Shown here one piece after another: positions 50,471-62,705 of a stretch of DNA of 64,000 bases (the first letter of the stretch is position 1; each line of letters starts with the position of its first letter). The position numbers and the translations under genes are program-made. The notes under the pieces are model-generated. The model searched no databases. It was not told the DNA's origin and saw only the letters and a program-made list of their open reading frames with translations. The stretch comes from Gekko japonicus (taxonomy: Eukaryota), in NCBI RefSeq assembly GCF_001447785.1, contig NW_015164194.1, positions 1,008,226-1,072,225 on the forward strand, in the 5' to 3' direction.

Positions 50471-51674
50471 CTAGTCCATTCTCGTTAGATCTTGGAAGCT
50501 AAGCAGGGTCAGCCCTGTTTAGTACTTGGATGCGAAACCTCCAAGGAAGTCTAGGGTTGCTATGCAGAGGCAGGCACTGGCAAACCATCTCTGTTTATCT
50601 GTTGCCTTGAAAAGCTTATGGGGACACCATAAGTCAACTGCAACTTGATGTCAAAATAAAATGAAATAAAAACTGTAAGAATAAGGATGGGCACAAACTA
50701 GGAAAATGCAGTATGGTTCGTGGTATGCCCGGTTCATGAACCACGAACTGTCACAAACTTTTAGCCACCAAACATGAGGTTCATGAGGTTTGTGATGTGG
50801 TAGAATGGACCCCCAACATGCTAGAGACACCAAACTTGCAGGGGATTTACAGCTGAATTTCCTCTACCTTCCCTACAAGATTGGTGAGGACTGGATTTAG
50901 AAGGTCCAAGTTACGCCTCTTCCCCCCAAGTAACAAAGGTCGAAGTTATGGCCCCTCCTAACTGGCAGGGACCTATGAGATGGCATGCCCTAAATTCGTC
51001 AGGTGGTTAAAAGATATGAAAGATAAATAATGAACCTGGAAGTGCACTCAAATATCTCTCTTTAAGCCCAATGCATATTTTTATGTCTCCAAACATCGTA
51101 TTATAATTACAGAAATAGCACAATCTTAATTGCTATTTCTCCAGTTTGCTAGACCAAGGTTTCTACTTGGCTTAGCCAGGGGGTTAAAGAAAAAGAAAGA
51201 ACATTAACCCTAAGCCTGTCTATTTTCCATTACAGAATCTATGTAAGGGATCTCTCTTTCTCTCTTTCCCATACATTTCTATATCATCTTTCCTATAACT
51301 GATAACAGCTATTGATAAAACAATCAATGATCCCAATACAATAATCAGATTGCTTGTTAGAAACCCTCAGATATCAGCACATAAAAAAGAATAACTGAGC
51401 CACATGAAACCACATAATACACAGCAACCAAGCCACATGTTTTCAGATGATTTTTTATACATCTTCTGCAAAAGCTCAGTAGCCAGTTTATGTCACCATC
51501 GCTATGAGCAGATGCTAGAGAATAGAAGCCATAACTGTGAAGACTCTGGACTTGGCCACCTTTCTTCTTAGAGTTTAGCATATACTGTTAGTCAGAACAT
51601 CACAGCTGTATGGGCTCATACACAGTGGTTAAATGTACCTATTTACTTCTCAGAAATGGTTGTCAAAAGTTTAC

Positions 51675-51738
51675 NNNNNNNNNNNNNNNNNNNNNNNNNN
51701 NNNNNNNNNNNNNNNNNNNNNNNNNNNNNNNNNNNNNN
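51675..51738. other. Assembly gap (64 N)
   Basis: N run. Confidence 1.
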
Positions 51739-53004
51739 TCACAACCATGTGCTTCACACGCACTATAGAAACATGAGCCACTATTAGCATGATAATAAAA
51801 TAATCATTTGATTCTAAGATATTTTACATTTTTATTTTGTACACTGGAGGCATGTTTTGGGGGGACAGGAGTCTGGTTATATCTGTCTGGCTAATTCTAT
51901 CAACATCTCACACTGACTAATGATGACCCCGTGGGGTTTTCATATAAAGGAAGTGAAAATGAGTGAAAACTGGGTAGCTGTAGCGGATTTGCCTGATGAA
52001 TTCAGCATAGGAGACTTCAGGTTAGGTGAGCTTGATTCAGTATCTGCACAAGAACCCAAAATCCAGGCAGACATTTTTTACTGCTTCACCTCTCATAGTA
52101 GGAAAATCTCAACCCGCTGTACATTTTGTTTGTTTGTTGTTTTGCCGTCAAGTCACAACTGTTTCATAGCAACCCCATAGGTTTTTAAGGCAAGAGATTT
52201 TCTTAGGTGGTTTGCCATCACCTGCCTCAGCATTACAACCCTGGTACTCCTTGGTGGTCTCCCATCCAACCAGGGCCAACTCTGCTTAGCTTCCAAGATC
52301 TCATGAGATCAGGCTATCCTGGGCTACCCTTTTCAGGGCATACATTCATATGAGAGGTTTCAGCTGTTTTCTAATGCCTGGCAGTGTGTTAAAATCAGGA
52401 CATTAATTTTAACACTCTGTCTCTGCCCTAAGGCTCACAGAATGCTTTGTTACCATTACCCCAACAAGTCCAAAGGAAATCTGGCAGATCTATGATTAAT
52501 TCACTGCAATCAAGAGTTGTATCATAGGCAATTGTGCCACATGCACATTACAGGCCACACAAGAAAACAGGATACACAAGTATGCTATCAGCTGCGGAGA
52601 TGTCAGAGGCATAGGTTAACTCTTTCATCATCAACTGAGATTTTAACAATCGAGGTACTAATGTAGACTATTGGGAAATATTTGACTAATTCATTTTGAT
52701 GGCCTCTTTTCCAGCTATTGTTTATATACACTGAACACATGCTACCTACCCACTTCCTGCAGCAGTGAGAAGTTCTAGGGGTGGCACTACATGTGTTGGA
52801 TTTCTTTGACTGAGAATGCACTGGAGACACTGGGGGTTTATCTGTTTTATATCTTTTAGGGTCTGATTCTAGCCTGCACAATGAATGATTTTTTTTAGAT
52901 TGCTCAGTGGTTATTTTACAGCATTCTTATGCCTGCAACATTTTTAATGCCTTGCTTTTAATAGTGATAACTTAGGGCCACTTTAGCTAACCCTGATTAG
53001 TACT

Positions 53005-53645
53005 GTGCAGAAGAAGGCAACAGTAAACCACTTCTGAACATCTCTTACCTTGAAAACCCTATGATGAGACAATCCAGAAAACAAAAGAAGATATCGTGCT
53101 GGAAGATGAAACCTCCAGGTCAGATGGCACTCAATCAGCGACAGGGGAAGAGCTGAGGACACGTACAACTAGTGCTGTTCTTAATGGCGCAACCAGACTA
53201 AAGCTGAAAGGACATTCAGTTCTCAATGTGAATGGATGCAAAAGGAAAGCCCAAAGCTGTAACAGGAACATGGAATGTGAGAAGTATGAGTCACGGTAAA
53301 GTGGCAATTGTAAAATGAGAAATGGAACGTTTAAGCATTTCAATCCTGGGAGTGAGCAAACTAAAGTGGACTCCATTAGAACATTTTCAGTCAGAAAATT
53401 ACTAAGTGTTTTACTGGGGGAATGATACACACAGACGAAATGGGGTTGATCTAATAGTGAGGAGCGATGTTGCACAGGTAGGGTTGCAGGAACAGTGGAA
53501 GATGAGACCCAACATGAGATGGTTTGACTCAATCAAGGAAGCCGGGGCCGTCAGTGTGCAAGAGCTGAGCAAGGCTGTTAAGGACAGGATATTTTGGAGG
53601 TAATTCATTCATAGGATCACCATAAATTGGAAGTGACTTGGGGGC
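53005..53645 (+). mobile_element. Internally deleted RTE LINE (5' end and endonuclease start joined to the 3' end)
   Basis: GTWNVRSM...ILGVSKLKW...RRNGVDLIV joined directly to RPNMRWFDSIKE...DRIFWR. Confidence 0.75.
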
Positions 53646-53885
53646 TTCACACTTATTTACTCAGTTTATGCCCTTCCTTTCTCCCCTGTGGGAACCAAAG
53701 CAGCTTACATCACTCTCCTCTCCTCTCCTCCATTTTATCCTCAACTCTGTGAGGTAGGTAAGGCTGACACTGTGAGAATGGCCCAAGGTCACCCAGTGAG
53801 CTTCCATGGCAGAGAGTGGATTCAAACTCGGGTCTCCCAGATCCTAGTCCAACATTTTTTTAAAAATATACATCTTTCCCACAAA

Positions 53886-54278
53886 ATCCAGGTGATTTAA
53901 ATGTTTCAAATAACATATTTACCCAGAAGTAAGTAGCACCTCATTCAACAGGGCTTACTCAGAAGCCAGACTACATATCGATTGATATAGTTTTAGGGAT
54001 TTTGTAAATTTCCCAAAGAAGTATCTAATTATCCGTTTACATTTTTTTTTTAAAAAAAGTAAAACTATGTTTGCGCTTCGATCCAGGTGATTTAAATGTT
54101 TCAAATAACATATTTACTCAGAAGTAAGTAGCACCTCATTCAACAGGGCTTACTCAGAAGCCAGACTACATATCGATTGTTATAGTTTTAAAGATTTTGT
54201 AAATTTCCCAAAGAAGTATCTAATTATCCGTTTACATTTAATTTTAAAAAAAGTAAAACTAGGTTTGCACTTCGATCC
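53886..54278. repeat. Tandem duplication, ~195-bp unit
   Basis: Two near-identical units starting at 53886 and 54081, with ATCC at all three junctions. Confidence 0.93.
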
Positions 54279-56438
54279 TATGCACACTGAGAAATCACTT
54301 CATTAGTAGGACCAGGATAAACAGTCATGAGTTCCTCCTAATTTCAAAACTGCTTTGTTTTGGACAACAGTGAATCTTGTGAGCCGGGGACTTCCAGTGG
54401 CGGGAAAAAGGAATGGCAGCCTGAACACTTCGCTCCGCTCACCTGGACTCACACCTACCCCCCAAATCGATCAAACCTGTGTCGTCAACTTCTAATTTAT
54501 GGGGACTGAAACCGGAACAACTCAGCACCCGAACCAGAAAAAACAAAAGAAGCTACAGTTATTCGATTCGGAGCCACAGATAGGTCTATCTACCGGCCTT
54601 CACGATGTACCGATTGACAAAATGGCGTCGGGCATTAATACGACAGCCAAAAACTCAACGGCTATAACAGCCACAGACTTATCCAATGCCCTTATTAATA
54701 TGGAAAAAACGTTTTTGAGCACATCGCTGGTATGTTTAAGCCACTTTTCATGCAAAAAGATCTGTCTGATACGAGGAATATAGCTGAAGGAGTGTTACAA
54801 CGAAGTATTCATAATCAAAACTAAATCCAACAAATTCAAACGACCGAAGATCTCTTAGCAGAAAAAATGCTACGATTAGACTTAACAAGAAGACAAAACA
54901 ACTTTAAACGTCACCCGGAACCTTAAACGTCACCATAGAGTTTTCCATCGGATGACCGTGGCCCCGCCCCCAGCGTGCCCGGTATGGTCGCATCACTTCC
55001 AGGTGACGCACACGTCGGGGTGGGGCTCCCCCCGGGGCTCGATCCGCCGCCAGCGGGGAACAGGCCTCTGGGGCAGGGGTTTCCTCGCCCCCCAGGGGGA
55101 CTTGGCAACCCTATTCCAAACCTACCACAAACATAAAATTAAATGGATCCATCACAAAAACTATCACGCTCCAAAAAGGTACCAGGCAGGGGTGCCCACT
55201 CTCCCCCCTTTTATTTGCTTTAGTTATCGAACCTTTAGCACACACGATAAGAGCTAATGCATCCATCACGGGCATTAAATTAAAAGAAAAGGAATACAAG
55301 TTGTCCATGTTTGCAGATGATATGTTGATATGATATGTTATTTTTAACCCCGAAATTTTATGGAAGGAGTCCAAGACTTGCAGCAAAGATGGTAAGGTTG
55401 AAGCAGGCTTAGTAATGTATATATGAATGTATATTACTAATGTATATTACTAAGCCTGCTTCAACCTTACCATGTATATTACTAATGTATATTACTAATC
55501 CTGCTTCAACCTTACCATCTTTGCTGCAAGTCTTGGACTCCTTCCATAAAATTTCGGGGTTAAAAATTAATGATTCAAAATCTCAAATATTACCTATTCA
55601 CATTGACTCTGACGTTCAGGGAAGTTTGAAGAACAAATTTCAATTTACATGGGTTTCCTCACAACTACACTGTTTGGGAATTAATATCCCAACTGATTTA
55701 TCAAAATTACTCCTAACTAATCATCATGGTTCATAAAGAAATACAAAATACCATTCTCAAATGGGACAAATTGAACCTACCATGGATAGAACGGTATCAC
55801 CTTGTCAAATCTTTTATTCTACCCAAATTTTTATTTTTATTCAGGGCCATACCAGTCAACATTCCCCACAGCACTCTAAGAAATTGGCAGGCAACTCTGC
55901 GGAATTTCCTTTGGGATGGGAAAAAACCTAGAGTACGGTATCAAACCATGCGAAGATGCAAAAGCCGGGGTGGATTTAACCTACCTGATCTTCTTTATTA
56001 TCATAAAGCTACTTTTCTGGCCAATGTACATCCAAATAATACACCTGAATGGGTTCAATTGTGTTCAGATCAACTCTCCCCTCATACAATTGACGGACTA
56101 ATTTGGGATAAACCCCCATTACATCTCACTGGGGTGAGAGACAACATTATCCTATACCCATCCATATATTTATGGAAATCCCTCAGTAAACAACTTCTCC
56201 CAGAAGTCTCTAGATACGCCAACCATGGTTTTCCAGACATGTTCCGCCAAAAATCCAATCCAAGTGGAGAGAAGCTAACATAACACGTTTCTGTGACATA
56301 GCTGACAAAAATGGAATTCGTCCTAAAATTATATTAGAACAAAAGTTAGGGGTTGATATCCCCTGGTTTTTATATCTTCAACTCCAACATATTGTGAGTG
56401 CGTACAAAATCAGAACAAATATATCTCGGCCACACACA

Positions 56439-57096
56439 GGGTGCGTTCAGATGGGGGATTTACAATGGTTAGGGTGCCGGTTCCAACCGGTGTACTTACG
56501 GGCGTTCACACGGCGAACATCTCCCTCCCGTCCCTAACCGTTGTAAATCCTTTTAAACCGTTGCACTCTGCCACTAGGTCCCAAGTGGTGGTAAACTGAG
56601 TGCAACGGTTGAAAACGGTGCACCCCGGCGTCTGATCGCTCTCCAAACGTTGTACAGCCACTTCCGTCGGAAGCCTGAGGCTTCCTTTCCCCTGCCATTT
56701 TTTTTAAAAAGTAAGCGATATGCACTCGGGCGAAGCTTCGCCCCGAGCGTTAGTTAAGAAAAAAAAAAGCCCTTACTTTAACTTTAACTTCCCGGGACTA
56801 CAGGGAGGCCAGGTTGAGCTTTAAACTTTAAAGGTAAGTCCTTACCTTTAAAGTTTAAATGTAATGGGTGGGGTTGAGCATGCGCAAAAATCGCCATTCT
56901 CTGAATGGCTGCCTATGCGCATGCTCAAACTGTCCTTAAAAAAAAAAACGCCGACGCCCACAGCGTGTGAGCGGGCGTCCACCGGAGGGATCCGCAAAAT
57001 GGAGGGTAAGTGTGATCGCGTTTCTGCCGGCATAAACTGCACCGGTTCCAACCGGTGCAGTTTATGCTGGCAGAAACGCCCCATCTGAACGCACCC
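56439..57096. mobile_element. Harbinger-like MITE nested in L1 (inverted relative to 38022)
   Basis: TIR GGGTGCGTTCAGATGGGG / CCCCATCTGAACGCACCC; 3-bp TSD ACA. Confidence 0.88.
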
Positions 57097-57489
57097 ACAG
57101 AGTTGGAGATCGTCATTAAAATATTCACTACACAGAACAGAGGAATGATATCTGCTATATATAAACTTCTTTTTAAAAAATCAGCCCCCCAAAACCTATC
57201 CTATCAAGCAGCCTGGCAACGGGAGTGCAATATTACACTGGATGATGAAACTTGGCACAATATCTGGTCCTCCAAAGGCTGCACTCCACGCTCCATTCCA
57301 ATGGACCTACATAGGTTTAAAATCCTGTCCAGAAGGTATTTAGCTCCTATAAGACTGTCACATATGTCACCATGCTCAGGGGTCGTTTCGTAGAAAAAGA
57401 GCTAGGGGAACTCATTAGCATAACTCATTAGCATATGCCACACCCCCTGACATCACCGGAAGTGTGTCATAAAGCCATACCCCCTGACA

Positions 57490-58253
57490 TCACCCTGTGC
57501 TTTTACTTTAGTCTTAACACAGAACCTGGAGTAGAGATGCTCTGCCAATCCTATATCAATAAACTTTCCTTCTGAAGAAGCAATTTGTTGGTTCTGATTG
57601 TTGCAGGAGTCTGACAACAAATCTGACATCAAGAATCACAAGACTGAGAAACCTGTTGGAGAACACTTCAACTTTCCAGGACATTCAGTGGGTGACCTCC
57701 AAGTAGCTGTTTTGTTGCAAAGGAATTTCAGGAACAGAAAAGGGACATTGCTGAGTTGCAAGTTATCACAACACTCAGAAAAATAGAATTCCCCATGACT
57801 TAACAGGGATATTGGTTTGTTATCTCACTACATATGCTAACCACATTCAGTCCTTGCATCTGTATTCTCACCAATCCCCCAGAAGGGCCATACAGCCTCA
57901 TTATGTTATTATAGTTCTTATTTGAAAGAGTAGATTAGAATAGTAGATCGTAATGTAACATAATGAATAGTAGAATATAACGTAATTTGGAATGGTAGAT
58001 TAGAATGTATTTTTCTGGGGACAGGGGAGATAATTCTCGACAGCCAATTGCCCCACTTCAAAGAAGAAGATGCTGTAAGGGAGTTTCCATGCTTGAGAGG
58101 AGACTGATGGAGCATAATGGCAGGGTCTCAATCAAGGAAACATCTGCCCATCAATCTCCAATTCGTACATATTTATTTCCTTCACTATGGTTTTCCCTGG
58201 AATTAAACCCAGACAAATGGTAACCATATAAACTAAATTTGTTATTCCTGTTT
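57490..58253 (+). repeat. Duplicate of 41255-42013
   Basis: About 760 bp colinear; roughly 17 substitutions and one 5-bp indel counted by eye. Confidence 0.96.
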
Positions 58254-58829
58254 GGCCCCCAAACATAGAATACCACCACCACAAACAGATACTTGAAATT
58301 ATGTTATATGCTGCAAGATTCTCAATAGCTTCACATTTGGAAGGATCCCTCCCCTCCCAATATTCAAGTATGGTTCCGCAAGCTCTGGGATCAATTCATT
58401 ATGGAAAGTATCACAGACAAACTAAACAATACCGCCAGTAACCCCTTGATATCAAACTTTAATGTGAGGTGGTTTCCTATTCTTGATTTCTTATCCTCGA
58501 CAGAATTTATTTCATCTTCATGGAAAAATTACTTACAATGGTTCTAATATCACACGGTAACAAGGTGTAGATTATTCAAATGTCTTATGCATAAATAAAT
58601 CTATTATCTCTTAATGTTATTCTAACTTACAGTTAGATTGTTCTGCTCTGCAATGTTAACATTTTGTATCAAGTCTTTTAACTATTCAAATTTATACCAC
58701 AGTGGAGATTCTCCACTTGTTAATGTTATAAATGGAATTATGTTTGTTTTTCTTGTTTAATATTTGTATTTCCAAATAAAATTATTATTCAAAAGAAGAA
58801 GAAGAAGAAGAATCTTGTGAGCCGGGTCA

Positions 58830-59880
58830 CATAGTGCTTACAAAGCGGTTTCCTATTTAATAAATTGCGACTCTGCTCGGTCCTAGTGCCGTTTACGCAT
58901 GGGAAGCATTCATTTTAGTCCGAAAATCACGCATCGTTTTTATTGGGCAACGCTGTACGTAACTGTTTTAAAATCTAAAAGGTTGTTTGGAATCAAGCTG
59001 GAATTCCTGCCGGCACAAATAAATCCTGTTGTGTAACTGCAGTTTACACCGTTTGCTTTTCTCCCTCCCCTCCCACCGGCAGAGGGAAATGGTTTGCTCT
59101 AAGCGACAGGCCAGTGCGAGGCGAAAGGAAGCGAGTGCACGTGAGTGGGTCCTCGGCGGAGTGAGTCCAACTCTGGCTGTTTTTGCATTTGTCACGCAGT
59201 GGGCGCTGTGATGGGGAAGAAGTCCCGACTCGGCCGGTTCAAAGCCTGCCGGTCAGCAGTTCGGAGCCCATGACGAGAAGCAAAAGGACGAGGAGCAACC
59301 AGACAACGGAGGCCTGTTTCCTTGGAACAGCCTAGCCGGTAAGTAAGCTCCCTCTCCCCCCCCCCCCCCCCCGCCCTTTCGCACCTCAACAGGGAAACCG
59401 CCGCAGAGGGTCTCCCTTGTCAGTTTCCGCTCTGGTGTCGTTGCGTTCCTTGCAAGATGATCGGGGGTGTCGGAGAAGAGGCGGCTCACTTGGGCTCTGC
59501 CCTGTGTTTTCAGAGACGTTCTGGATTCATGCTTAGAAACGGGGAAAGGCGTGGTAGAGTTACCGTTAATAGTTCTTTCTGGGCACCAGGGGAACCCCGC
59601 CGAGAGATCTGTTGTTTGTTTTCCTCCTCTTTGGTAACACGGCTGTAGGGTGTGTGCGAGAAACCTGGCCCTAAAAATTAGAGCCAAGGCCCGGCCACTG
59701 GAGCGGAAGCGGGCCCTCCCCGGTGAACACGTCGTCGCGTCCTTTGATCGCGTTAACTTAAATGTTTTCTCAAGTTTTGAGGGGTTACCTCTCTCTTTTA
59801 AAGTTTCTACCCAGGCACACGCTCACTTCTCGAAACTGTTTGCCGAAGGCAAATATAGGCCATTGAACACCGTTGAAAGT
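58830..59880 (+). promoter_or_regulatory. CLN8: CpG island / CLN8 promoter
   Basis: CpG-dense stretch with no transposon hallmarks, 3-4 kb upstream of the CLN8 coding exon; E-box CACGTG at 59138-59143. Confidence 0.8.
59200..59338 (+). other. CLN8: CLN8 non-coding exon 1 (start approximate)
   Basis: Strong donor CCG|gtaagt at 59339 inside the CpG island; mammalian CLN8 has a non-coding first exon. Confidence 0.65.
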
Positions 59881-62256
59881 TGACCATCTCACCCCCCCCT
59901 TCCCTAAGGAATGTGGTTGTTTTGTTCACTGGTGGTGGTAGCAAAACACAGGGAGCTGCCTTCTGCTTAGGAATGCCTGCCTCCAGGGGGGGACCTGGGG
60001 ATCCCCTGGAATTACAGCTCATCTCCGGACTACAGAGATCAACCCCCCCTGGAGAAAATGGATGCTTTGGAGGCTGGACTCAGTGGCATTGCACCCCACT
60101 GTGGCCCCTGTCCTCCCCAGGTTCCATCCCCAAATCTCCAGGAGTTTCCCAACCTGTGTCTTATAACCTTACCCCCCCCCACCCCCGCCTTCACTGGTGG
60201 CTAAGGGGGACCTGGCAACCCTGCTTCTACTGAATCAGACTCTTGATCCATAAAGGTCAGTGTTGTCGAGTCAGACTGGCCGCAGCTCCCCAGGGTCTCA
60301 GGCAGAGGTTTTTCCCATCAGCTCCTAACTGATCTTTTTTATTTGGAGATGCCAGGGATTGAACCTGGCCCTTTAGCATGCCAGGCAGATGCTCTGCGGC
60401 TGAACCACAGCCCCTTCCTGTCAGGTACAAGTGTTAGGTGAGCAAAACTGTTGAAAGGCCTCCGCGTTTTGTTGTTGTTGTTGTTGCTTGACTAGGTTTG
60501 AATTGTGCATAACTACATTTAACACTGTACTTGACCGGCTGTTTGTTTTTGTACTCCTGTAAAAAGTCTACCTAATGAGGATCCATTCACTGCATCTGAC
60601 AAAGGCAAAAGCTTGTGCAGGTGCCACTAGACTCCTCTGTATTTGATCTCAACTGGGTGTCTTTCATTCTAAAACATCGTATTAACATGCGTTAGGAAAA
60701 CAATAACAGAAAAGAATTCTGGAGCATATTTCACTGCTGTTGTAGGCTCTTTTTTTGCCATCAAGAAGCAGCTGACTTACGGCAACCCCGTGGAGTTTTC
60801 AAGGCAAGAGATGTTCAGAAATGGTTTGCCATTTCCTGGCTCTGCATCACGACCCTGGTAATCCTTGGTGGTCTCCCATCCAAATACTGACCAGGGCCAA
60901 TCCTGCTTAGTTTCCAAGATATGACAAGATCAGGCTAGCCTGGGTTATCCAGACCCAGGTGTTGTAGACTACTGAAGCTCATATTTCACTTTGTTGATTT
61001 TCAACTTGGATAGGACTTTCTTGTTTATTCGTTTCAGATTCATTAACTATTAACCTTGGTAACTGTTTTCTGTAGATCTCAACATAAGCATTGACTGCAT
61101 ATTCACTCCTGAGGGCTAAACTGCTGGTGACTTAAGTGGAAGAGAGATTTTGGTTTGTAGTGGAACACTCCATGATGACATCAACTCCATGGGGAAAAAG
61201 GCAACTTCTATATTAGGGATTATCAAGAAAACGGAAAGTTCATATTAACATATGTGGGTGAGTGAGTGAGCTTCGTTGAATCAAATGGGACTTCATTCTG
61301 AGTAGGTCTGCTTAGGATCACTTAGCCTGCAGCTTTGTATATATCTACAGGGAGGTGGCATTAGGATATATCTACAAGGAGAGTATTGTAGAACTGGAAA
61401 AGGGTAACTGAAATGATTAAGCAGAAAAGAGCAAGAGTCCAGTAGCACCTTGAAGACTAACAAAAGACTGCCACAAATGTTGTTTTCTTGTTCTTTTCTG
61501 CTGCTACAGACAGACTAACATGGCTACCCATCTTGAAATGATTACGGATGTCATTGGCTTTCTCCCCAGTGGGCACCCAAAGCAGCTTATAACATTCCCC
61601 TCTCCTCCATTTTATCCTCCCCAAAGCCCTGTGAGGTAAATTAGGCTGAGAATGTGTAACTGGCTCAAGGTTAACTAGCGAGCTTCCATGGCAGAGCGGA
61701 GTTCTGAACTGGGGCTCCCAGATCCTAGTCTAACCACTACCTCACACTGGCTTTTGTGGGGTTGCTGCTGTTGAACGAAACTTGCTGCCATTCCCTGGTT
61801 GAGTCATGCAAGTCATGTGGTAGCAAGTTGCCCTGTAGTTGCTGCCATGCCTGGCCCCATTTGGTGGAAGGTGGTTTTAGTGTGGTCATTCAGCTTCTCT
61901 GTAAGCAAAGAAATCCACTCCGGAGTACCGAACATGGTGATTTAAGACTCCTGCTGAGTGACTTTAAACCAGACATTGGGAAACTGGTATCACTTCATCA
62001 AGCCCATCCATCATAGTAAGAATTTACTGACTAGTGAAGTAGTTACTAGATGTGGCATCTAAGATTCTTGCTAAATTACTGTCAATCAGACTTTGAAAAG
62101 CTGGTATCACTGAATTGTTGTTGTTCAGTCACACAGTCGAGTCCGACTCTTCACATCACGCCAGGCCCTCCTGTCTTCCGCCAAGTTCGTCAAAACTAAG
62201 AAGTTTAAATTGGATTTTGAATAAGTGTGTAGTTAATAAGATGCAGGTGGGTAGCT

Positions 62257-62294
62257 GTATCTGATGAGATGTGCAGGCACATGAAAGCTTATAC
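62257..62294 (+). ncRNA. Minimal hammerhead ribozyme motif in a Penelope pLTR fragment, CLN8 intron 1
   Basis: GTAT-CTGATGA-G-ATGTGC ag GCACAT-GAAA-gc-TT-ATAC. Confidence 0.7.
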
Positions 62295-62705
62295 CCACAG
62301 TTAAACTTTGTTGGTCTTAAAGGTGCCACTGGACTCAAACTTTGTTCTGTGCAATTTATTGTTACCGTTTTTAATTTTATTGTTATTATTGCCCTTAGTG
62401 GGTCATGCAAACAGCTGTTCTGAATAGTGCTTTTTATTGGGTAGTGTAAGAGGCACTGGGGATGAGTTTATGGAACCAGGACCTGAAAAAGTTTGGGAAC
62501 TATGGTTCTATTATTTTGTGTTTGGGGGGTTTTTTGTTCTCTAAAAGATTTCAGATTTTCCTGCAAATCAGGCTTTTCTCAGGATTGCAGAATGATCTGT
62601 TCTTGTCTGTTCATGGCTCCAGTATCTGGTTGCAGTCTCTGGATTTAAGTGTCCACAGATTTTGCCACGATGAGAAAATATCTATATCTCTCTTTTTTTT
62701 TGCAG

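Larger units (their letters stand above)
54389..58809 (+). mobile_element. L1 with both ends retained, internally deleted and heavily nested
   Basis: 17-bp TSD GAATCTTGTGAGCCGGG (54372-54388, 58810-58826); GTRQGCPLSP, FADD, FLWDGKKPRV...GGFNLPD; AATAAA plus (GAA)n tail. Confidence 0.93.

Noticed and set aside
41255-58253. The duplications as pure assembly artefacts
   Set aside because: Copies differ by several substitutions and indels, have microhomology junctions, and one lies inside a TSD-bounded L1; long reads are still needed for proof.
60340-60418. tRNA-Ala gene on the minus strand
   Set aside because: Degenerate stems and attachment to a repeated body show it is a SINE head.
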